A DNA stretch of 64,000 nt from positions 167,871 through 231,870 of the forward strand of contig NZ_JAOWPT010000004.1 of the NCBI RefSeq assembly GCF_025753855.1, written 5' to 3'. The notes below the pieces were generated by a model. That model was not told the origin of the DNA and did not search any database. It was given only the letters and a program-made list of their open reading frames with translations. Every line of letters begins with the position of its first letter. Positions within the stretch are counted from its first letter, which is position 1. Position numbers and translations under genes: made by a program. Below, one piece after another: positions 17,469 to 26,214 of this stretch. This DNA is from Mesorhizobium sp. ZC-5. Lineage in GTDB: Bacteria > Pseudomonadota > Alphaproteobacteria > Rhizobiales > Rhizobiaceae.

Positions 17469-18317
17469 TTGAACAGATATGCCATTGCCGTTGTCCTGAG
17501 CCTGTGTGGCGCTCACGCCGCATTTGCCGCCGACCCCGCAACTGTCCAACCGGACGAAGCGACGCCGGTCGCGGTCGAACGTCCGGACTGGACATTGCAA
17601 GTCACGCCCTACATGTGGGCGGCAGGTCTCGATGGAAACATATCGCCGTTCCAGCGCGCGCCGACAATACATATCGAAAAATCGTTTTCAGACGTCATGG
17701 AAGATCTCAATTTCGGCGGCTTCGTCAACATATGGGGACGCTATGACCGGTTCGTCTTCTCGGGCGACGTTATGTATATCAACACGACGGACAGCCATGG
17801 CACCGGGCCGCTGCCGGCGTTGCAGATTCCGGGCCTGGGCGTCCCGATACCGCCTGGCTCCAATGTCGACGCAAGGGTCGACACGGAACAGTTCACCGCC
17901 ACCTTCCAGGGCGGCTATCGCATCCTCGAGACGCCGCAGTTCACGCTCGATGCGCTGGCGGGCGCGCGTTTCTGGTATATCTCCAACGATGTGACGGTCA
18001 CCGCGAGCCACCCCGCCATCGGCACCCGTTTTGCCAGCCACGGCGAAAGCTTCGGCTGGGTGGACCCGGTGATCGGTGCGCGCGCGTTCCTCAACTTGAC
18101 GGAAAAGCTTTCGCTTCAGGCACAGGCGGACATTGGCGGTTTCGGCGCCGGCTCGGAGTTCACATGGTCGGCCCAGGCAACCATCAATTACATCTTCACC
18201 GATCGTCTCTCCGCCTCGCTGGGCTACAAGGTGCTCGATGTCGATTATGATCGTGACGGTTATGTCTTCGACGCCCGCCTGAGCGGTCCGGTCCTGGGCA
18301 TGACCTACCGGTTCTGA
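17469..18317 (+). CDS. Outer-membrane beta-barrel protein
   Basis: Signal peptide MNRYAIAVVLSLCGAHAAFA | ADP. Alternating amphipathic strands. C-terminal ...GMTYRF ends in the Phe typical of OMPs. Confidence 0.65.
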   Translation: MNRYAIAVVLSLCGAHAAFAADPATVQPDEATPVAVERPDWTLQVTPYMWAAGLDGNISPFQRAPTIHIEKSFSDVMEDLNFGGFVNIWGRYDRFVFSGDVMYINTTDSHGTGPLPALQIPGLGVPIPPGSNVDARVDTEQFTATFQGGYRILETPQFTLDALAGARFWYISNDVTVTASHPAIGTRFASHGESFGWVDPVIGARAFLNLTEKLSLQAQADIGGFGAGSEFTWSAQATINYIFTDRLSASLGYKVLDVDYDRDGYVFDARLSGPVLGMTYRF

Positions 18318-18378
18318 TCGACGGGACAAAGTTGCGGGCAAACGTGACGAAGCGATCTGACGGCAGGTAGCTGCGTCG

Positions 18379-19083
18379 TCATGGATCATATCGTGAAGAG
18401 AGGCCATCGAGCAGCAAGCCGAGGCCTTTCCGGAAGGTGCCCTCCCAATCGTCATCCAGCAGCAGGCGGGAGCGTTCGATAGTCGGGTAGCTTTCGCCGA
18501 GACGCTCAAGACGCTGCTGCGCGGCGGCCCTGTCGTCGTCGGAGAGGTCGAAGCTCGCCCGGGTGATGGTGGCGCCCATCACATAGTTCCAGAGCGACCA
18601 TATCGCGACATTCAGATCCGCGTCCGCCACTCCGGCTTTCGCCAGGGTCTTGCTCAGCAGTTCCAGGCGACCGAGGATGTTCGGACCGAGCGCCCGGCGC
18701 GGCAACAGCGATGCCGACCAGGGATGGCGCAGCATGCCACCGCGCCAGTCGTCGAGCATGTGAACGACTTCTGCGCGCCAGTCTCGAGACTCACCCGTTT
18801 GCGGCGGCCCGCGATATTCGAGCACCGAGTCGAGCGCCAGATCGAAGACGTCCTCCTTGTTATCGACGTGCCAGTACAGGCTCATCACGCCCGAGCCGAG
18901 GCGGTCGGCCAGCCGACGCATCGTCAATCCGTCGACGCCCTGAGCATCCAGCAACTCCACCGCGGTCGCGATGATGCGTTCCCGGGAGAGAGGCGGTTCA
19001 CCGCGCGGCTCCTGCTCGGGCTGGAGCGTTTCGCTTTGCCGTCGAGGCTGCTTGCTCCGGGCGCCGGTGCGTTTGGCTGCCAT
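18379..19083 (-). CDS. TetR/AcrR-family transcriptional regulator
   Basis: N-terminal HTH (IIATAVELLDAQGVDGLTMRRLADRLGSGVMSLYWHV). 234 aa. Confidence 0.8.
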   Translation of the reverse strand: MAAKRTGARSKQPRRQSETLQPEQEPRGEPPLSRERIIATAVELLDAQGVDGLTMRRLADRLGSGVMSLYWHVDNKEDVFDLALDSVLEYRGPPQTGESRDWRAEVVHMLDDWRGGMLRHPWSASLLPRRALGPNILGRLELLSKTLAKAGVADADLNVAIWSLWNYVMGATITRASFDLSDDDRAAAQQRLERLGESYPTIERSRLLLDDDWEGTFRKGLGLLLDGLSSRYDP

Positions 19084-19151
19084 CCGTCTTCCTCACTGTT
19101 CAGAACGACGACTTTGTCCGGCAACGTCAGGAATGTCGATCCCGAGTGATT

Positions 19152-19196
19152 GACTCGTACGGCGTACCATACGATGGATAGTACGCAGTACGAGTC
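19152..19196. promoter_or_regulatory. Putative TetR operator. A 9-bp perfect inverted repeat (gactcgtac ... gtacgagtc) with internal gtac repeats.
   Basis: Lies in the 187-bp divergent region between the tetR gene and the RidA gene. Confidence 0.45.
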
Positions 19197-19270
19197 GTAC
19201 TGCGATAGAGGTTAAGGTTCAATCACACCGGCCGTGGGACGTTGCTCGCCCGCGGAGTCGAGAGAAAATC

Positions 19271-19759
19271 ATGTCACGCGCAATCAAGCATCTGCTCATC
19301 GGAGGGCTAATCATCATGACCATGGCAGTTCCCACTGCGACGACAGCGAACGGGGAGGATCTCAAGCTGACCATCGTCAACCCGCAAAAACTCTACGACC
19401 CGTCACCGAATGGCTACAGCACGGCGGTGATCACGCCTCGTGGAGCCCGGGTGGCCTATGTTTCCGGACAAGGCGGTCAGGACAGCACGGGCGGTCTGTC
19501 GCCCGACTTCGCTGTCCAGGTGAAACAGGCCTATGCGAACCTGCGCACCGCGCTCGAGGGGATCGGCGCGAAACCGGACCAGGTCGCCAAGCTCACGGTC
19601 TTCGTGGTCGACCACGATATGTCCAAGCTTGGGGTGTTGACCCAGAACGTCAAGGAAATGTTCGGCGAGGCGCTGCCGGCGCAGACGTTGGTTCCCGTTC
19701 CCAAGCTTGCAATCGACCCCATGCTCTTCGAGGTGGAGGCCGTGGTCGTGCTTGACTAG
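19271..19759 (+). CDS. RidA/YjgF-family protein with an N-terminal signal peptide
   Basis: Signal peptide MSRAIKHLLIGGLIIMTMAVPTATTA | NGE, then a RidA fold (YSTAVITPRGARVAYVSGQGG...). Confidence 0.7.
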   Translation: MSRAIKHLLIGGLIIMTMAVPTATTANGEDLKLTIVNPQKLYDPSPNGYSTAVITPRGARVAYVSGQGGQDSTGGLSPDFAVQVKQAYANLRTALEGIGAKPDQVAKLTVFVVDHDMSKLGVLTQNVKEMFGEALPAQTLVPVPKLAIDPMLFEVEAVVVLD

Positions 19760-19764
19760 CGGGA

Positions 19765-20973
19765 CTACTCCCCCAGCGTCTTCAGGAACGCGATCAGCGC
19801 CTCGCGTTCGCGTTCCGACAGCGTCATCGGATGCACTTCGGATGCGCCGCTGGGAGCAATCGGCGCGGTCGCATAATGGTCGAGCACGGCTTCGAGCGTC
19901 TCGATCTGCCCGGCATGCATGTAGGGCGGGCGACCAGCGGCACCGCGCAGCGACGGCGCCTTGTAGGCGCGGGTCAGCGCCTCGCCCGCCGTCACCATGA
20001 ACCGCAGTTCGCCGCAGTCGCCGGGACCAGCATCGCTGAATTTCCCAAGGCAGTTGAACGGATCGGCGGCAACGTCCTTCACCGCCGTCTCTCGGCCCAG
20101 ATCCTCCGGCAGTCCCGCGACGACCGGCACCCCGGTGTTGTGGAAATGATTGTCGGTGAAGCGCGCGCCATTGTGGCAATTGATGCAGTTGGCCTTGCCG
20201 ATGAACAGTTTCAGCCCGAGCATTTCCTCGCTGGAGAACGCGGCGTCGCCTTCCGGCTGCTTGCCTGCGGCCAATGCCGCGGCGAAGCGGTCGAAGCGTG
20301 TTTCCTCGGGCACGATCGAGCGTTCGAACGCCGCGATCATCTTGCCGATGTTGGAAAACACCCGGTCGACGGCCTCGCGCTGGGCGTCAGTCATCGCATT
20401 CCATGCAGCCTTTTCAGCCTCGCTGCCGAGCGGGCCGGCATTTTCCGGAACGCCGGACAGATCGGGCAGCGGCCCGAAGATGCGCTCGTAACGGTCGTGG
20501 AAATTGGCCGCGATGAAGTGTGCGAAGGCCGCGCGGTTGCCGCCGTGCTCGACCGGGTTCTCCATCGGCACCAGCGCCTGCGCCCACAGACTGTCGCGGC
20601 GGCCGTCCCAGAACAACCACGGGCTCCAGGCGACGCCCGCGAGCGGCATGGTGCGCCGGTTGGTGGTGCCAATGCCTTTGGCCAGCGGCAGGTCGTCCTG
20701 GAACTGCCGGTCGATCAGATGGCAGGACGAGCACGACACCGTGCCATTGCTGCTCATGCGCGCATCGAAGAAGAGCGTGGCGCCGAGCGCTGCGGCGGCG
20801 GGATCGTCGGCAACCCTGTTGGTCGGGTCGTCCGGCAAAGGCGGCAGCGCCGTCAGCGCCAGCGAGGCGATGACCTCCTTCTCGGCATCGCTGAACGATA
20901 CCGGCTGGCAACCGGCGGTCGCAAGCGTCGAGACCGCCAACGCACCGAGCACAAATCGCGAAGCCCGGCGCAT
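19765..20973 (-). CDS. Di-heme cytochrome c peroxidase (CCP/MauG family)
   Basis: Start at MRRASRFVLGALAVSTLATAGC (signal or lipobox-like). Two CxxCH motifs (CSSCH, CINCH). Confidence 0.8.
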   Translation of the reverse strand: MRRASRFVLGALAVSTLATAGCQPVSFSDAEKEVIASLALTALPPLPDDPTNRVADDPAAAALGATLFFDARMSSNGTVSCSSCHLIDRQFQDDLPLAKGIGTTNRRTMPLAGVAWSPWLFWDGRRDSLWAQALVPMENPVEHGGNRAAFAHFIAANFHDRYERIFGPLPDLSGVPENAGPLGSEAEKAAWNAMTDAQREAVDRVFSNIGKMIAAFERSIVPEETRFDRFAAALAAGKQPEGDAAFSSEEMLGLKLFIGKANCINCHNGARFTDNHFHNTGVPVVAGLPEDLGRETAVKDVAADPFNCLGKFSDAGPGDCGELRFMVTAGEALTRAYKAPSLRGAAGRPPYMHAGQIETLEAVLDHYATAPIAPSGASEVHPMTLSEREREALIAFLKTLGE

Positions 20974-20981
20974 CGGCGTTT

Positions 20982-21422
20982 CTAGAGTTTCAGGTTGAAG
21001 GTGACGCGGTCGTCGCCGGGTGGCGCCGAGATCGCAAATTTCAGCTCCCACCAGCCCCCCATGTTGAACTTCACGCCTTCGATGCGATAGCGCCCCTCGC
21101 CCAGGTAGGACGTCATCTGCGGGCTGGTCGGCAATCCATGTCCGTGCTGCGGCATGCCTCCGTCGACAGCGATGGTCGCGCCTTCGACGGGCTTGTTGTC
21201 CGGTGTCGTCACCGTCAGCACCCAAGCATGCAATTCGCCTTGCTGCAGCGGTTCCGTTTCGGGTGCGATGGAGGCGACATAGGCTCGCTGCTCGGTCGGC
21301 TTCGAGCGCGCCAGGTCGAGATCGTCCGGCGGTGTCATCATCAAGTGGAAGACGGCGGCGCCGATCGCGACCGCTGCGATTGCAATTGCGATCAGGATCC
21401 AGTGGATACGTCTCAGTTTCAT
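20982..21422 (-). CDS. FixH-like membrane-anchored protein (single TM plus a periplasmic beta domain)
   Basis: Start at MKLRRIHWILIAIAIAAVAIG (TM). C-terminal stretch HGHGLPTSPQMTSYLGEGRYRIEGVKFNMGGWWELKF. It lies 9 nt downstream of the peroxidase gene. Confidence 0.5.
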   Translation of the reverse strand: MKLRRIHWILIAIAIAAVAIGAAVFHLMMTPPDDLDLARSKPTEQRAYVASIAPETEPLQQGELHAWVLTVTTPDNKPVEGATIAVDGGMPQHGHGLPTSPQMTSYLGEGRYRIEGVKFNMGGWWELKFAISAPPGDDRVTFNLKL

Positions 21423-21609
21423 CTTTTCGCCTGCCCGGTTTCGTTCGTTCTGCCGAACGATCTCGCTTCTCTCTGCCTGATCCATTCCATTAGTGAAAGG
21501 TCAGCGTCCTTTTCAGCACAACGCTTGCGGGAGCCTTCGGCTTCCCGGGCGCATTGCCATACGCACGCAGCGCAGTATAGGAGCAAGACGGAAAGAGGAG
21601 GAGCGGCAG

Positions 21610-22530
21610 ATGGCTGAAGGAATCGCGGCAATCGGCGAATGCATGCTGGAGCTTTCCGGCCAGAGCGGCGCGAACTGGCGCATGGGCTATGCCGGCGACA
21701 CCTTCAACACGCTGTGGGCCATGCGCGCGCTGTCGCCCGGCCATCACGTCGATTACGTTTCGGCGTTCGGCGACGATCCGTTCTCGCAAGCGCAGATCGC
21801 TTTCTTTCGCGAACACCATATCGGCATTGCGCAGAGCCCCATCATCGACGGCGCGAAACCCGGCCTTTATGCGATCACGCTGACCGGAGCCGAGCGCTCC
21901 TTCACCTACTGGCGTTCGGAAGCCGCCGCCCGGCAACTCGCAAGCGACCCAACTAAACTGGCAAAAAGCCTTGAAAACCGGGCACTTGTCTACTTTTCCG
22001 GAATCACTTTGGCAATCCTCTCGAAAGAGGCGCGCCGGACCTTGCTCGCCGCCATTGCCGCCGAGCGGGCAAAAGGCTGCCACGTCGCCTTCGATCCGAA
22101 CTACCGGCCGCGCCTGTGGCCGGACGCCGGCGCGGCGCGCGACGCGGTCGCCGAGGCACTCGAAGTCACCGACATCGCGCTTCCGACCTTCCCCGACGAG
22201 GAGATGCTTTATGGCGACGCCTCGCCGGAAGCGACCGCCAAGCGGCTGGAACACGCAGGCGTCGCCGAAATCGTCGTCAAGAACGGCGACCAGCCGGCGC
22301 TCATCTCGCATTACGAGAAACTGGAAACCGTGCCGGCGACGCATGTCTCGGACCCGCTCGACACCACCGGCGCCGGCGATTCGTTCAACGGCGCTTACCT
22401 GTCGGCGCGATTGCTCGGCATTCCACCGGTCGAAGCGGTAAAGCGCGCCCACAGGGTTGCCGGCGCCGTTGTCCGGGTGCGCGGTGCCCTCGCCCCGTTC
22501 GACTTGCTCAGGCTGGCATTCGATCGCTGA
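21610..22530 (+). CDS. PfkB-family sugar kinase (2-dehydro-3-deoxygluconokinase-like)
   Basis: Start at MAEGIAAIGECMLEL after RBS gaggagg. Motif DTTGAGDSF. 306 aa. Confidence 0.75.
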   Translation: MAEGIAAIGECMLELSGQSGANWRMGYAGDTFNTLWAMRALSPGHHVDYVSAFGDDPFSQAQIAFFREHHIGIAQSPIIDGAKPGLYAITLTGAERSFTYWRSEAAARQLASDPTKLAKSLENRALVYFSGITLAILSKEARRTLLAAIAAERAKGCHVAFDPNYRPRLWPDAGAARDAVAEALEVTDIALPTFPDEEMLYGDASPEATAKRLEHAGVAEIVVKNGDQPALISHYEKLETVPATHVSDPLDTTGAGDSFNGAYLSARLLGIPPVEAVKRAHRVAGAVVRVRGALAPFDLLRLAFDR

Positions 22531-22533
22531 ACG

Positions 22534-23550
22534 TCAGGGCAGCTTGAACCGGTATTCGGTCGTCTGCCGATAGATCTCGCCGGGCCAGAGTACCGCCTGC
22601 GGGAAATACGGGCGGTTGGGCGAATCCGGCCACACCTGCGGCTCGAGACAGAAGCCGGCATGCGCCTTGTAGCGGCGCCCGCCGTGCCCTGCAGCATCGC
22701 GCGCCACATTCTGCCCGGCATAGAACTGCACGCCGGACTCAGTCGTCCAGACTTCCATTTCGACGCCCGAGGCAGCGCCTTGCACCCATGCCGCCTGGTG
22801 CAGCGGCCCCCGCGCCGCCGCCAGGCAGAAATTGTGGTCGTAGGGCAGTTGTTCGCCCTCGGTGCGGATGGGCCGCGCCTGCCGGAAATCGAACGCCGTG
22901 CCGTCGACCGGCTGCACGACCCCGGTCGGGATCAGCTCATCGTCGACCGGCAGGTAGGCGCCCGCGTTGAGCATCATCCGGTGATCGAGGATGTCGCCGC
23001 TGCCGCCGTCGTCGAGATTGAAATAGGAGTGATGCGCCAGGTTGCAAAGCGTCGGCTCATCGGTCGTGGCGGTGAATTCGACCGACAGCGTGCCGGGGAT
23101 TTTCAGCCGGTAGGTGCAGGTGACGTCGATGGCGCCGGGAAAGCCCATGTCGCCGTCGGCCGAATGCAGCGAAAACGTCACATAATCGCGTCCATGCAGC
23201 GCCACGTCCCAGACCCGGGTGCCGAAGCCGTGTGCGCCGCCGTGCAGCGTGTGCCTGCCGAGAAAGTTGGTGTTCGCCTGGAAGCGCTGGCCGGCGATGG
23301 TGAATTTGCCGTCATGGATGCGGTTGGCGTAGCGGCCGGCGGCGGCGCCGAAATAGGGTGAATGCGCCGGATAGTCGTCAAACCGCTCGAAGCCCAGCAC
23401 CAGCGGCGCCTCGTGGCCGGCGAGCCTGAGATCCTGCAGCACGGCGCCCCAGGTCATGATGTTCGCCCCGAGGCCGCCGCCGCTGATGGCGAAGCGCTGG
23501 ACGGCTTCGCCTTCCTCAGTTGTGCCGAAGAGCTCGCCGTCCGTGCGCAT
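22534..23550 (-). CDS. galM: Aldose 1-epimerase (galactose mutarotase)
   Basis: 338 aa from MRTDGELFG. Mutarotase His/Glu motifs are present. The upstream 199 codons of ORF 22534..24147 overlap gabD in another frame and are an artefact. Confidence 0.8.
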   Translation of the reverse strand: MRTDGELFGTTEEGEAVQRFAISGGGLGANIMTWGAVLQDLRLAGHEAPLVLGFERFDDYPAHSPYFGAAAGRYANRIHDGKFTIAGQRFQANTNFLGRHTLHGGAHGFGTRVWDVALHGRDYVTFSLHSADGDMGFPGAIDVTCTYRLKIPGTLSVEFTATTDEPTLCNLAHHSYFNLDDGGSGDILDHRMMLNAGAYLPVDDELIPTGVVQPVDGTAFDFRQARPIRTEGEQLPYDHNFCLAAARGPLHQAAWVQGAASGVEMEVWTTESGVQFYAGQNVARDAAGHGGRRYKAHAGFCLEPQVWPDSPNRPYFPQAVLWPGEIYRQTTEYRFKLP

Positions 23551-23558
23551 GCCGGCGT

Positions 23559-25016
23559 CTAGAGACCGAGGCCGCCGATGCAGACATATTTGGTGTCGAG
23601 ATAGTCCTCGATGCCTTGGTGGCCGCCTTCCTTGCCGAGGCCGGATTCCTTGACGCCGCCGAACGGCGCTTCCGGCGTGGTGATCAGGCCTTCGTTGACG
23701 CCGACCATGCCGTATTTCAGACCTTCCATGACCCGGAAGGCGCGGCCGAGGTCGCCGGTGTAGAAATAGCAAGCAAGGCCGAACTCGGTGTCGTTGGCAA
23801 GCCGCACCACCTCTTCCTCGCTCTCGAACTTGAACACCGGAGCGACGGGGCCGAAAATCTCTTCCTTCATGAACATCATGTCGGGTTTGGCGCCGGAAAT
23901 GACGGTCGGCTCGAAGAAGGAACCGCCGAGTGCATGGCGCTTGCCGCCGGTGACGACGGTGGCGCCCTTGGCCTTGGCGTCGGCCACGAATTCTTCCGTC
24001 TTCTGCGCCGCCTTCTCGTCGATCAGCGGTCCCTGCTGGGTGCCGTCCTCGAGGCCGGAGCCTACCTTCAGCTTCCTGGTGGCCTCGGCAAGCCGCTCGA
24101 CAAACTTGTCGTGGATGCCGGCCTGCACGAAGAACCGGTTGGTGCACACGCAGGTCTGGCCCGAGTTGCGGAACTTCGCCATCATGGCGCCCTCGACCGC
24201 CCTATCGAGATCGGCGTCGTCGAAAACGATGAAGGGGGCGTTGCCGCCGAGTTCCATCGATACCTTCTTGACGGTGGAAGCCGACTTCTCGATCAGCATC
24301 TTGCCGACCGGCGTCGAGCCGGTGAAGGTGATCTTCTTGACCAGCGGGTTGGCGCAGATCTCGTCGCCGATCTCGCCGGCCGCACCCGTCACGATGTTGA
24401 TGACGCCCTTGGGGATACCGACCTCCTCTGCCAGCACGCCCCAGGCGAGCGCCGAATACGGCGTCTGCGTCGCCGGCTTGACCACAGACGTGCAGCCCGC
24501 GGCGAGTGCGGGGCCGAGCTTGCGTGCCAGCATCGACGAGGGGAAATTCCACGGCGTGATCGCCGCGATGACGCCGACCGGCTCCTTGGTCACCATGATG
24601 CGGCGATCGGCCCACGGCGACGGCACCACGTCGCCATAGGTGCGGCGGCCTTCCTCGGCGAACCACAGGATGTACGCGGCCGACATGCCCACCTCGCCGC
24701 GCGCCTCGAACAGCGACTTGCCCTGCTCGGTGGTCAGGAGTTCGGCCAGCACATCCTGGTTGTCCATGATCGCGTCGTGCAGCTTGCGCAGCAATTTCGA
24801 GCGATCGAGCGCGGAGGTTTTCCGCCAGGTCAAAAATGCCTTGTCCGCCGCCTCGATGGCGCGGCGGGTCTCGGCAGCGCCGGATTTCGGCACGGTGCCG
24901 ATCTTGAGCCCGGTGGCCGGGTTGGTGACGTCGATGGTGGCGCCGCTATCGGCCTGCATCCACTCACCATTGATGAGGTTGGCCTGTTTCATGAAGTGGC
25001 TGGTTTTCTGGAGCAT
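23559..25016 (-). CDS. gabD: NAD(P)-dependent succinate-semialdehyde dehydrogenase (GabD-like ALDH)
   Basis: Near-colinear with E. coli GabD (ANLINGEW... VSLELGGNAPFIVFDDADLD... FRNSGQTCVC). RBS gggagg is 6 nt before the ATG at 25016. Confidence 0.85.
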   Translation of the reverse strand: MLQKTSHFMKQANLINGEWMQADSGATIDVTNPATGLKIGTVPKSGAAETRRAIEAADKAFLTWRKTSALDRSKLLRKLHDAIMDNQDVLAELLTTEQGKSLFEARGEVGMSAAYILWFAEEGRRTYGDVVPSPWADRRIMVTKEPVGVIAAITPWNFPSSMLARKLGPALAAGCTSVVKPATQTPYSALAWGVLAEEVGIPKGVINIVTGAAGEIGDEICANPLVKKITFTGSTPVGKMLIEKSASTVKKVSMELGGNAPFIVFDDADLDRAVEGAMMAKFRNSGQTCVCTNRFFVQAGIHDKFVERLAEATRKLKVGSGLEDGTQQGPLIDEKAAQKTEEFVADAKAKGATVVTGGKRHALGGSFFEPTVISGAKPDMMFMKEEIFGPVAPVFKFESEEEVVRLANDTEFGLACYFYTGDLGRAFRVMEGLKYGMVGVNEGLITTPEAPFGGVKESGLGKEGGHQGIEDYLDTKYVCIGGLGL

Positions 25017-25256
25017 TTTCTGCCTCCCTGGGCGGCGCCCGTGACGGGCGCGGATGGTTCGGATCCTCGGTTAACGCGCTCACAGGCCGGAGAGCCTCCC
25101 GCGCGCCACGCGCAAGCTCTTACCTTACGAAACGAGGTCCAAGCAACCGCGATCATGGGATTGTGATGGAGCAGTCTGCCCCTCCAGCGCAGCCCAAGTC
25201 AGCAACGATGGACGAAGCGCTCCGCCGCATATCCAGAATATCCATTAAATCTAGAA

Positions 25257-26012
25257 CTATCGCGGTATCAGCGTCGCGAAATTCTCGTCGATGGCGCGGT
25301 GCACGAGGCCGCTGTAATGCGCGTGGCATTCGTGGCCCTTCTCGATGCGGCCGAAGCTTGCCTTGCCGGCAAGCCGCTTCAGCGGCGCCAGCACGATCGG
25401 CGTCGACACAGGAAAGAGGTTGGTGCCCCTGCCCGACTGCAGCGTGGTCAAAAGGCCGAACATCTCGCCCGAAATGGTCGGCTTGGACACCACGATCAGC
25501 CGGTACTGGCCGAATTTGTTGGTGACCAGGTAGATGAAACCAGACTGGTGCGGGATCGAGACATGGCCCTGCTGGGTGAAGGCGGCGTCGATGCGTTCCG
25601 ATTCGGTGAAGACGAGATGCGAATGGTCGTCGTTCCAGCCGATCTCGGTCACATAGGCATAGATGGCGCCGGGGCTGGAGAATGATGGCCTGAGCGTCAG
25701 GTAGCCGCCTTCGATCCACGACACCGCCGGACGCGCATAGGAACCGAGTTCTTCCGGCGCCACGCCGTTAAGGCGGTCGGCGGCCCTCGCCTGGCTTTGC
25801 GGCCGCAACGCGACGCCGAGCGCCGTTTCCAGCCGCACGATGCTGGCCAGCGTGAACGGCCGCTGGCCGGACAGCGCCTTCTCCAGCGTCGACAGGCTGA
25901 TCTTCGCCTGGTCGGCGAGGAACTGCCTGGTGATGCGCTGCCTCGCCAGCGCCTCGCGCACGATGCCGGCAACCGTATCGTTCTCGGCGGCGGAAAGCGT
26001 CTGCTCGGTCAT
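25257..26012 (-). CDS. XRE-family HTH transcriptional regulator with a C-terminal domain of unknown function
   Basis: Start at MTEQTLSAAE. HTH region QFLADQAKISLSTLEKALSGQRPFTLASIVRLE. Divergent from the sortase-target operon. Confidence 0.6.
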   Translation of the reverse strand: MTEQTLSAAENDTVAGIVREALARQRITRQFLADQAKISLSTLEKALSGQRPFTLASIVRLETALGVALRPQSQARAADRLNGVAPEELGSYARPAVSWIEGGYLTLRPSFSSPGAIYAYVTEIGWNDDHSHLVFTESERIDAAFTQQGHVSIPHQSGFIYLVTNKFGQYRLIVVSKPTISGEMFGLLTTLQSGRGTNLFPVSTPIVLAPLKRLAGKASFGRIEKGHECHAHYSGLVHRAIDENFATLIPR

Positions 26013-26031
26013 CGGGAGATGTTGTGTGCGT

Positions 26032-26051
26032 ACATTTCCACACATTTCCAC
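26032..26051. promoter_or_regulatory. Tandem 10-bp direct repeats acatttccac x2 (a second pair, gatttgc x2, is at 26174-26193) in the XRE/sortase-target divergent promoter
   Basis: Low-GC stretch gtgcgtacatttccacacatttccacatcttg. Candidate operator. Confidence 0.3.
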
Positions 26052-26214
26052 ATCTTGTTTCCGGCAGCAATGCGGCACGGCGGAAACCGGCAAGACAAGG
26101 CCGAAGAAGACCGGACTTCCCGCTCGAATTCGAACGCAATCGGACCACAGATCGGTCCTCAGCCGCACACAATGATTTGCGCAGATTTGCACGGGTGCGG
26201 AGTGGGAGCCTGAC

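Noticed and set aside
22534-24147. Long N-terminal extensions of several ORF-track entries (galM ORF to 24147, hmuT ORF to 3026, TerB ORF to 50671, XRE ORF to 26432, GST ORF from 15151)
   Set aside because: The upstream portions overlap neighbouring genes in other frames or lack homology. Internal Met, GTG or TTG starts with RBSs give proteins of family-typical length.
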